Part shown: piece after piece, positions 50,401 to 61,129 of the stretch
Layout: every line of letters begins with the position of its first letter
Numbering within the stretch: the first letter of the stretch is position 1
Source of the DNA: Stylophora pistillata
Taxonomy: Eukaryota
Assembly (NCBI RefSeq): GCF_002571385.2
Contig: NW_019217952.1
Coordinates: forward strand, 137,938-201,937
Reading direction: 5' to 3'
Length of the DNA: 64,000 nucleotides
Notes under the pieces: generated by a model
The model's input: the letters and a program-made list of their open reading frames with translations, nothing else
The model's database searches: none
Told to the model about the DNA's origin: nothing
Program-made: the position numbers and the translations under genes

Positions 50401-53400
50401 AAAATTTTGGCTCAGTTCATTTACTATAACCAAAATAATCTTAAAATTATCTTTTTCATGGGCCGAATTGAGCACAAACTTTTTGTTGAGTTACCTTTCA
50501 TTTTTTTATCGGTGAATTCAGATTTCAATCTTCAAAATTTCCTGTGTTACTTTAAGTTCGGGGTGAAAAAGGTCTTTCTACGTTATAAATACGATAAAAC
50601 CCAATGTCTGGTTCAAAAAATATTTGTAAAGTTCAGCGAAAAACCTTAAAACAAGTTGTACAGACCAAAAACAAGGAAAAATCCTGAATCAGTCCTTTTG
50701 TTCACTTGTTTTTCTTCAAGGCAGGAACATTTAAACACAAAAATCTCTTCCACGTTATAGTTTCTGGCATATTTCTTGAGGAAATTCTCTTTTAATTTGT
50801 TATAACAACGAGGAATTGCATTTAATGACAATAACTTATTTGAACAGATGCTATTTCAAAAACGGAAAAAAAAAACAAAAATCTTTAAGTTCGTTGTTAA
50901 CCGAGCTCATCTTGAATTCCTGTCTAATTCTTGTAAACTCGAAAGTTGTGCAAGACAAAATTAGTTTAACGCGACTTCCACTTTATCATTTCGCTTTGGT
51001 TTGTCAGACAATTCTATTTTCTCATAGCTGGAACTGGGATTTGAAAGATCGATATTGATCTAAACCCTTCGAAGTCTCCTTAATTGAGTTCAAGGCAAGA
51101 AGTGTTTGATTTGTGATCATGTGTCCAGGTCCTCTAGTCCAATTGCCCTGCCTGTAAGATTTTAATTTCTAAATGCCTCTAGCTTTTTGACGTATTTTAT
51201 TTGCAGACAGGATAAATTCTTGTAGTCTGAATAACTATCAAAACAATACCTTTCAAGAAAATTAATTGGAGTCCCCTGAACCAGACATTTTGGTTTTATA
51301 TACTTAACTTGCTAAGAGACGCGAGAACGTTGGCATGTAAGTTTTCTCTGAGGCTTTTGTTTTTCAAGGAAATCACATTATTTCTCAATTTGATTTTTTT
51401 TATAGTCAATGCAAGAGTAAAAGTGAACAGTTTGTCGCCAAAATCAAGGTCAATTTCTCCGAGATATGATTGGCTGTAAGAATTACCGGTCGTTACCATT
51501 TGTCATTGGTCAATTGAAGTCGTTCCGTTTGTATCATTCGTTATGTTATGTCGTCCACAGGCATTTTTTAAAGAAGTCGGTACTTGTTGATCGAAATCAT
51601 CCGTGGTCTGCTGCTGTTCAAATTAACTCCATAAAAAAGCCAGAGCTATGGTCTAACGTCAAGCAGTGGCCGTGGGTCGTAATTCGAAGTGTTTTGACTT
51701 AGTCGAGTTGGCTTGCGTTTCGGTTCTTACCGAAGGTCGTAGCGAGCTTTATTTTTGTCTAAGTCAAACTTGCATTTTTTTTTTCTTTAAAGATCGTTTA
51801 CTTGTAAATTATTTAGTTTTATGTCAGAGAAAATTCTCAGGGGTATCACCAACTTTACAAATTCGTCTATCCGTCTCTTCAAATCTTAATATTCGTAACT
51901 TGTTGTGATTTCGGATTATAGAATAATATTTGTCTGATTAATCTCTCGGTTTCAGAAAGGTTTGGAATTTTCCAAGGAACTTAATGTCAGCTAGGTGTTC
52001 TGCTCGTCAATTTCGTCATTGTTTAGGGCGGCGAATGTATCGTTAACGTAGCTTCACCAAAGTGGGATTGTTTCATAACAAACGAATAGGACAAAGGTAT
52101 TCTTTTGTACTAGTCAGACAAAACGTATTTCAATAATTTTCCCGTAAAGCGTTATATGTTGCCAACGTTCTCTTGTCCATTGCAATAAAACTACAAAGAA
52201 AATATGTGAATCTTCTAAGGCGGCACTGATTATTGCATTGACAAAATTGTAGACGAATTACCCTTAAGAAATCGTATTTTTCCAGAATTAAAAAAAATTG
52301 CTTAAAACAAGAACAATGATTTTTTTCCTGAAAAAGTTTGTTGTGATATAAATAATGAAAGCATTTTCTCGGAAAAACTTCGATCAATTTGTTTCTCGGT
52401 TCTAATTTCACAACAATGACTGGATAATCTGTGCCTGTTTTAATTTTCACATTTCTTCTTTCAAAAGCCATTTGCCTTGCAGTGCCATCTTACAAAGTTT
52501 AGAATATCCAACTAAAAATGGTGGCTGCCATCACCTGAAGCAAGTCTTACATAAAGAATCCCTCCTCACCTTCTTTTACTCCTCCAACTCCCATTCGTAT
52601 TTGATGATTCAATCAGCCGAGGTTCACAAGCCAATTTAGAAATTTAGGCAGCCACCATTTTTATATAATAATAATATAATTAATTTCAAAGTTCTTCTTA
52701 TCTTTGTAGAATTTCTTTTGGATTCGTTGATTTCAGTTTTTTTTCTTGAATTCTTCGTTTTGCGGTCATCTTTATCACCTCATTCATCCTGTAAGCAGAG
52801 ATGAATAAAACAAAGTTTAATGTTTGGCTAATTTACAAGCAACTTTTGATAAAAAATTTGAAGAGAAAAGGAGAGCTCAGAAAATTAAAGTCGAACGAAT
52901 AATTTGAGTTGCAAAACGTGTTTTCAAAAAGAAGTTCATTTTAACAAGGTTACTGGTTTATGTTAAAAAGTTTTTGCCCCAATTTCTCCGCGCGTTCAGA
53001 AGGACAACCACCGAAGAGATAAAGTGCACGTGGCTTTGCTGTGCTCGCACTTCATGCTCCTTTGCAATTCATCGACATTTGTCTCAGTCGAAGGCGAAGC
53101 ATGAAGCGAACTAAAAACCTGTCTTCTTCCTTACTTAACAAGTTTATTATCCCTTCGGAAAGAACGATAAGATTATTCTGGCTTGTTCTCTAACACCATT
53201 GCTTACCTTCAAACAACTTTCAAGCAGATTCTTCATTTTATTGGCACAAACACAGAAACTTCACAGTGACACGTCCTCACTCGTTCATGACCTGTTTGCT
53301 TTGAGAAAACTTCACAAATTGTCATGAATATGGAATGAGAAGACTGACCAATTACTAATGAACAGTCACCGTTATGACGCCTGGTTTTTTTTTCCTCGCC

Positions 53401-53939
53401 TTTCGGGAATGCATTAGGAAAGCCCCTGGAGAAATAGAGTTTTCACGTGTTACTCCACGAGTTACCATGGTAGTAGCAAAATGTTTCATTGAATAATTAC
53501 GAGGAGAAATACTATTGATTAAAGTACGAAATCCAACAAAAACGCTTTCTGGTGAAAAGAGAAACACGGTTTTAACATTGGCATAAAAGTAAAGAGATGT
53601 ATTAGATATCGTAATATAAATATTGCATGAGAGCATAAAATAGAAAAACAAATAAATAAATACACAGAATACAAAATGAAATTCGATGTCACGTTCCCCT
53701 GACGATGATTTGTACCCTGACTAGGCGCGCTAATCGCGGTCCACCAGTCTCCCCACTGAGCTGCGGAGAACTTGATATACACATATATATATATATATAC
53801 GCAGAATAAAAAGGTACACCAAACGATGAGCTCCCAGTAGAAGGATCCAAGGAGGATACAGTGCTTCAATGTAAATTTTAAGTAAGTGTAAAACGATGAA
53901 ACATGAAGCAAACTTCTAACTGTTCCAGCTTTAATGTGG

Positions 53940-53968
53940 CGACGTTTCGGCCTTCGGCCTTCTTCAGG
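53940..53968 (-). ncRNA. Minimal type I hammerhead ribozyme (PLE-associated)
   Basis: Minus strand reads C-CUGAAGA-A-GGCC-GAA-GGCC-GAAA-CG-UC-G: conserved core, a stem II hairpin, and a palindromic ACGU stem III before the GUC cleavage triplet. Confidence 0.75.
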
Positions 53969-54112
53969 TGGAACGTATTTACATAAAAACTAAAAACTAG
54001 AAAAAAATTATATATATATATATATGTATATAGAAAGTTTAAAAATTGCAAGGATGGACAACTTCTGACGCAAAAAATATAAACAATTTTAATAAAAAAC
54101 GTTTCGGTCAGA

Positions 54113-54371
54113 NNNNNNNNNNNNNNNNNNNNNNNNNNNNNNNNNNNNNNNNNNNNNNNNNNNNNNNNNNNNNNNNNNNNNNNNNNNNNNNNNNNNNNNN
54201 NNNNNNNNNNNNNNNNNNNNNNNNNNNNNNNNNNNNNNNNNNNNNNNNNNNNNNNNNNNNNNNNNNNNNNNNNNNNNNNNNNNNNNNNNNNNNNNNNNNN
54301 NNNNNNNNNNNNNNNNNNNNNNNNNNNNNNNNNNNNNNNNNNNNNNNNNNNNNNNNNNNNNNNNNNNNNNN
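54113..54371. other. Assembly gap (N run)
   Basis: Run of N. Confidence 1.
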
Positions 54372-55636
54372 GGGCCCTTAAATGATACTAATCAAAATAA
54401 GATCCCTTGGCAGAGCCTCTGAGTCCAGTCCATACCTAAAGGGCCGACAAAATCCAAGAAAAGGGCCTTTGAACGATCAATTAGTAGCGCCTAATATAAG
54501 ATGGAAAATTAATTATAGCAAATTCTATTTTTCGAATGAAATTCCTTTCTTTTATTCGAACCATGGGGTGCCAAAGAGAACAACTGAGCACTCCAATAAG
54601 CCTCTTTTGTGATTAAAAGCCCATCGATCTCTACAGAGCCACTAGGGGCCTGTACCTGATCAATGCATTGGAACGAAAAATCGTCCAGGATGTGTGGGGT
54701 TTTGTTAAAGTGTATTGCTACTTCACAACTTGTTTTGTTTGTGAGCATAGCAGATTTGTGATTTCGAAATCTCACTTTAAAGTCGGTTGTAGTAGATCCC
54801 AAGTATTGCAGGAGACATTTCTTGCAGGAAGCCAAGTAAATCACATTTTTAGAGTCACAGGAAAGTCTAAAAGTCTTGCAAACTTCTAGCTGTTCCAGCT
54901 TTAATGTGGCGACGTCCTTTTATTTACGATAAATGAATCAGCATACAAACACATTTGTAGATAATCTTTATCAACGAAGTAAAAAATGAGAAACAAACGA
55001 ACACTAAAAAAATAAAATCATGAATGTAAAATCATAAACTATAACCTCCCTGACCAGGATTTGAACCCTGGCGTTGGCCGCTTTCGTTGTGTCTGTATAT
55101 AATACATCAACCACCGACTGCAGAGACCAACTCCAGAAACATGTGAAAGTAGGAGTGATTTACCTTAGATATGAGGTTTTAATGTTAACCACACAATTTG
55201 TATCCCATTGTGTCGAAATGCATTTCCTCGGTTGAAGGATGTACAAAAAAGTAAACTTGCGATTAACTGGGTAAATAAGTCTGTTCATTTACGAAAAAAA
55301 AAGCATACAGAACACTATTTATCAACGGGTTATGAAATGGGAAAACAAACGAACACACAAAATAGAATTAAAAATAAAATATCACAGACAAGTTCCCCGT
55401 AAACCCTGACTGGGTCCACTTTAGCGATACAATTCTCTACATATTGTCTTGCACGCGAATTTCACCAAATTTTCATCATTTATCCAACAAGTTGCTTGAG
55501 TACTGGGATCGACAAAAGCGGAATCAATGTCCACCCCCGTCCCCCCCAGGCCCTGGACGAGTAAGGAGATTCAGGATTTCCGCAGACCTCAGTTAGTTGG
55601 ATAGAAGTTTATGACTTATTGTGGCGTTTTTGCAAG

Positions 55637-55856
55637 AATAGTCCCTTTTACAGTTGTAGGCTTGGTGGCCAAGCCTTTGAACAGGAGTGAGGCTAAGGGT
55701 GACCCTGTTGTGATAGAGACCTGTATCTAGTTAGCATGATAACAAGGTAATTTGCATTTGAAAAGCAGCAACATATTTATCATAACAAGGTCACCCTAAG
55801 CCTCATTCCTGTTCAAAGGCTTGGCCACCAAGCCCACAACTTTAAAAAGGACTATT
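55637..55856. mobile_element. Foldback MITE with about 70-bp imperfect inverted arms
   Basis: AATAGTCC...GGCTTGGTGGCCAAGCCTTTGAACAGGA...GGGTGACC versus GGTCACCC...TCCTGTTCAAAGGCTTGGCCACCAAGCC...GGACTATT. Confidence 0.8.
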
Positions 55857-56244
55857 GGCCATTTTCTTTCAAGTTTGGAGAAAAGCTTAACATGCCTTCA
55901 ATTTGATAACTATAAATTTTTCGATTTTGAGGGAAAAACAAAAAAAAAAACTGGAAAAAATTGTAAAACAATATTCGAATATATAAAAAATAAGAGAAAA
56001 CAAAACAAAACAAAACAACAACACAACCGCAAAAAATTTGACTAGTTTCCCGCGCTTGGGTTTGGACTTTATTGGGGCGTCACGATGCTTCTCCAGTGAG
56101 CGGCGGGGGATATCGACTTTACGTCAATCAAGGAAAGTTGCCTGTTCATTGCCAGAACTTACTCCCGCATCATAAATATATCAGCCCATAGGACGAACAA
56201 AGCAATTTTACCAGATATCTAGGTAGAAAACTATCAATTTTTCA

Positions 56245-56464
56245 AATGAATAAAGGCTGATAGTTTCGAAAGAAAGTGTTTGGGGCTGCGTCGGTGGGAG
56301 TAACGAAATAATTTGGATATATCAACAAAGTTGAAATGGTAAATTGGCCACCGTAACGATTACAAAAGCTGACGTTTCGAAGGGCTAACGCTCGAAACAT
56401 CAGCTTTTGTAATCGTTACGGTGGCCAATTTACCATTTCGACTTTGTTGATATATCCAAATTAT
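56245..56464. mobile_element. Inverted pLTR-like (Penelope/retrozyme-type) fragment forming a 157-bp palindrome centred on a hammerhead remnant
   Basis: Arms 56308-56380 and 56392-56464; centre CGAAGGGCTAACGCTCGAAACATCAG; flanking 13-bp direct repeat TATCAATTTTTCA at 56232 and 56462. Confidence 0.7.
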
Positions 56465-56878
56465 CAATTTTTCAGTTAACTTTACAGGAGCAGCAGGCAT
56501 ATGGCATCTATGGCTTTCAAGTACATGTACATCATTCGTTTCCGACCGGTGTTAATTAGTTAGATATAAGTCTGTTGACTCAAATATGAACCAGGCATTT
56601 TCTTTATTCAACTTAAAAAGCTACTAATCCTTTTTTTTTCTTTTTTCTTTTCTTTTTCTTTTTTTTTTCACGCAGACGCGGATATCTTCTTGGTCCTATT
56701 TGTGCCTGCCTAACCACGCCGCCAGGGTCTGGGACCCACTGGTAATGTGATATGGAACGGATTAACCTCTGCACTTCCTCTAGAACATATGCTTTTTGTC
56801 GGCGCACTCGAAAATAGAATCTGAAGAGACACGCTTTTTATCAGATCATATAACTGTGAAGAAGAATTTTTCGCAATC

Positions 56879-59800
56879 ATGAACTTCCAACTGTTGACGA
56901 TCCTAGTGATTGCTGCCCTTTTCTCTCAAGCCAGAGGATATTGCGGTAAGAAATGTGTGGGGCTATTCCTTATACGAATCATTTAAGCAGAACATTTAAA
57001 TTATACAAGCTATGTTACAGGAATGCTAAATTAACCCAGCATATTTCATCACATCTGACGTGCGCAGTTTTCAAGGCAGCGACTTTTTCTACCTTTCCTT
57101 CGCTCTTTAAGCCTTACAGCTAAACATCTTACGCTCTGCACATTTGACGACGCGATACGCAGAGCTAAAGAATAAAGAAAGATCTCGGTATTACTTGCGT
57201 ACATGGTTTTTAACTTTCGCACAGTAACAATGCTTTCAAATCGGCTGATGTTGTTCACGCGAACGACTTAAGAAGCATGTCTTCGACTCTGTTTTCCTGG
57301 GTATTGATCGCTGGGATACAATTTTTACAGGAACGTGATAACTAAAAGATCAATCTCGGGCTTATAACGTTACCTTCCTCACGTCTATTAATTTACAGCA
57401 AATCAATTTACAAGTCTTATACATTTCACCGTTTACCGAGTAACTTCTGATTCACCCTGATGCAGATGAAAGACCACATATGAAACAATGAAACCCAACT
57501 ACTCGTATATGTGCAAAATAAATTTTGTTGCCAAATCTCATTATCACTTGCGTCATATTGGTAAACTTAAGTTATTTTCCATCTCTGCGTGTGGCAGTAA
57601 CCTTTGTTCTGTCATTCTGCTTAAAAAAAAGGAGGAAAAAACATTTGAAAGCGAAAATGAAACATGGATTTTAAATTGAGAGAAAAATATAAATTTAAAA
57701 AAGGGAGAACAGACCAGACTCCGAACTGACTATACTAGGTGCGAAGTTGGGCTGTTGGACTCATTATACAAATTTGCCCATCGTTTTAGCAATATGATTA
57801 ACATGCTTTTTATGTAAGTGTTAAATGAGTTAAGTCACAGCTTTCGCATCTGGAAGATTCAAGAACCACAACTCAGCACATTGTTAGGTGTCCCCTTAGG
57901 ATTTCCTTACCTTGCTAGCTTGAGGTAGACTCCTTCAGGGCTGTTTTTTTTTTTTTTTTTTTTTTTTTTTTCTTTTTTCATTTCATCAATTTCACAGTTT
58001 ATTTTTGAGTGATAATAGGCCTTAGTCCTCAATGCCTGTCTGAAGTTTCAAAAGCGAAAGCTGTAGCTCATTGTCCACAATTGACGCGTTTCAGGTGCCA
58101 GACTTCTGCGAACAAGCATCACGCGCGCAGCCATCAGAGCTGCCGAATGGTTAAAGAATCAACAAAACAAAAATGGAAGTTACGGGTTGGGTCACGTGAG
58201 TGCGTTTGCATTCAACTCTCTACGTCTTACTGGTCACTCTGTGAGCACTGGTGCTAAGCATCTGAATGCGGAGCTCACTAAAGCTGACATCGGTTCACTG
58301 ACCGGGGGAAGGGTAGCACTTTATATACTTGGAGCCTTGGCCACGTGCAAAGACCCCAGCCGCTTTTATGATGTTAATTTGGTTAGAAGCCTGAGAGACA
58401 AACTAAACAAGTTCCCTCAGTTGGGATTTAATCACTCTTTTCAATACAGCCTGGCTGTAATGGCTCTCTGTAGCAGCAACACAACTCTGAACAGGCAAAT
58501 GCTTGGCTATGTGGATGAAATCCGTAAGAAGGTGGTAATTGAATCGAGCGTTGCCAGTTACCATGTATCCGAGACGCTTGCAATGCAAATAATGGCGTTG
58601 ACCTGTGTTAAGAATTCCATAAAAGGACTGAACAAGAAGATACTTGAAAAGAAAATCCATAGAGCTGTTCATTTGGGAGGTAGAAAATTTCTCAAGGCTC
58701 AAATCAACGACAGCACGTTTGGGGGAAACGAAGTCACAGCAGCTCTTGCTTCTCAGGTACGTTACCAATTCTCTGTCACGGAAATTTTCTTTATCTTTGT
58801 CACGCAATCCATCTTGTGTGATTTTAAAGGGGAATGTCAAGAAAATTTTAAGAATTTTGAGCGTCTTAAGGAATTGCTTACTAAAAAATTATTATTACAG
58901 GTTTTAAAAACGCAAATTAAATTGGAAAATATCAATGAAAAAACCGACTTGAGAGGGCAACCCTAAATCGTAAAGAAGGAATTTCGCTACAGCTTACATG
59001 TACAGCAATGACGTTACACATACAACAAAACCGATAAGTCTCCTCTCAATTTTCTGCTGATTTCAAATCTGATTCTCCTTTCTGATTACCATACATATCA
59101 TCATTGGTTTGTCGTAGGAATTTAGCGTTTTATATAAATAACATCATATGCCAAATAATTTCCTTCCATTTGACCTATCAAGCTTGTAACGTATCGAATC
59201 TGTAGAGTGATTTTCTGCACTGATCACATTTCTGCATGTCCAGGCTCTTTTAGCAGCCAAAGGGAAGACAAAAAAGTGTTCTGAGACTTTACGCTGGCTG
59301 GTGTCTCGTCAAAAACCTGATGGATCCTTCATTAACTTGCTCAGCACACTATATGTCACACCGGCCTTGATCGGAGCACTACCCTACGATGTCAAAGACA
59401 TAGTGTGTCTTAAAACTACAGGTAATTGAAAACAGTGTTTTACAGGAAAAGTTGTGACCACTTTCCTACACTAGCTAACGACTTTAACCGAATCCGCTGC
59501 ATGTGCAGGCGCGTTGGCCTATTGTCCACCTGTGCTTGTCCCTTCTCTGACGCAAGAGCTGGTCTGCTGTGAGAGTAACAAAACTTTACCGGAGTTCTTT
59601 TCTTTAATTTGAATGGGTTTGTTGTGTGAATTCCTCAAGTTTCAGTTTCTAACGCGATTGAATTTTCCCTTTCAGATGAAAGAGAACAACAGGTGAGATT
59701 AGCAAGAAACAATTCATTTGATTTTTACTAGTTTGAGAGGCATAGAAAGTCATGAGAGGAGGTGGGCGGGGGCTATCTTCGTTATGCCCCCCACCATACC

Positions 59801-60299
59801 CCTCCCCCCCTTCATCGTGACACGGCGACAGCTCCGGACTGAATTTTAATTGAGACTTATCGCGACTTATTCGCTCGAAATTATGATTAAACATTTGTAG
59901 AACAGTAAAAAAAAAAAAAAAAAAAAAAAAACCATCTTTTTCCTTTTATTGCCTTAGAATATAACCGTCTGCGTTGAGCTCAGGTTCGTCGACACTAACA
60001 AAGACACCGAAGGAAAAACTCCTCCACCCACCAAGTGCGTGACAGTAGCAAATGGCACTAATGCTCACAACATCCTGAAAGAAGCCGCTAAAAAACATCC
60101 ATGTTATGCATTCACCACCCAAACCTCCACATACGGCCATTCGGTGACATCCATCTGTGGCGTCCAACGCAGACCTGTCGATAAATTCTATTGGATGATC
60201 TACATAGACGAAGAAACAGCCCCTGTGGGAGTGGATGAACTGAAGCCTGCTCATGGATCCACTCTCAGTTTTCGGTATAAACAACTGCACTGGCGGTAG
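56879..60299 (+). CDS. Secreted cobalamin-binding protein, transcobalamin/intrinsic factor/haptocorrin family (about 421 aa). Exons: 56879-56945, 58095-58756, 59244-59421, 59676-59692, 59958-60299
   Basis: Signal peptide MNFQLLTILVIAALFSQARG. Alpha domain: LTGGRVALYILGALATCKDP, FQYSLAVMALC, VSETLAMQIMALTC, TFGGNEVTAALASQALLA, QKPDGSFIN. Beta domain: FTTQTSTYGHSVTSICGV...FYWMIY...GVDELKPAHGSTLSFRY. Exons total 1266 nt in frame; AATAAA at about 60376. Confidence 0.85.
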
Positions 60300-61129
60300 T
60301 CAAGTTAAGCTGTGTGGACGCCCTGATGTGTTTCAAGTTCTTCCGAAATATAGAGTTCTTTCATCGGCAGAAGATAATAAACATTTAGATATATTTTGAT
60401 CTGATTTTTTTTTTTTTAAGGTGGGTGCTGGTTTTAAATAGGGTTGTTAAACAACAAATCTTTAGTTGCCACCTTAATTCTTGGATGAGTGGTAACTCTG
60501 AACCTATCCTAGGGAGCTAAAGGTACACGAAGCTAAAATAAAAGATATTTTAAAGAGTTTGTAGAATGAAGGTCTGACGTTCGTCTTAAACTTTAAATGC
60601 ATTAACAATTTTGCGAAAATTTTCTTATGTCTTTATTTCCTTGAAAACAGCATAGTTTAAGTTAGAAGCTTTTGATGAACTGTTCTTAACACTAAACAAA
60701 CCACACAAACAAAGAAATAACCAAGCAAAGAGATTAATTCGAGAAATAACCCGCGCAATTTATTTTTATTTGTTATTTACACCTAATATCTTAACGAATT
60801 TTAGTATCGATCAAAACTTAGAGAAATGAACACTTCTTATCGTGATTGTGAGTCCTCCTCAATGAAGTGTTTACTGTGCGAATTTTTGCCCTAACACGCT
60901 AGTATTACAGCAGGAAACATTTAAAGCGTCCCTTTCCTCTCTTGAATGCTGGTAAATTCAGTGGTTACTATTTCATGATCGTGTGACAGCAGATAGTGAC
61001 CAAAAGCTGTTGCGCGACGAACTGTGAAGAAGTCGGCGACTTGCTTCACAAAACTTTCTTGCAACCATATGTGCGCAGTTACCTCAGAGTGGTGAAGTTA
61101 ACAATCCACTTGATGCGATGAAACTTATT

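Larger units (their letters stand above)
53908..54915 (-). mobile_element. 5'-truncated Penelope-like retroelement (GIY-YIG endonuclease and pLTR remnant), spanning a gap
   Basis: SCDSKNVIYLASCKKCLLQYLGSTTTDFKVRFRNHKS...VAIHFN...KEAYW...PHGSN is a PLE-type GIY-YIG domain. A 38-bp direct repeat occurs at 53908-53945 and 54878-54915. Confidence 0.85.
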
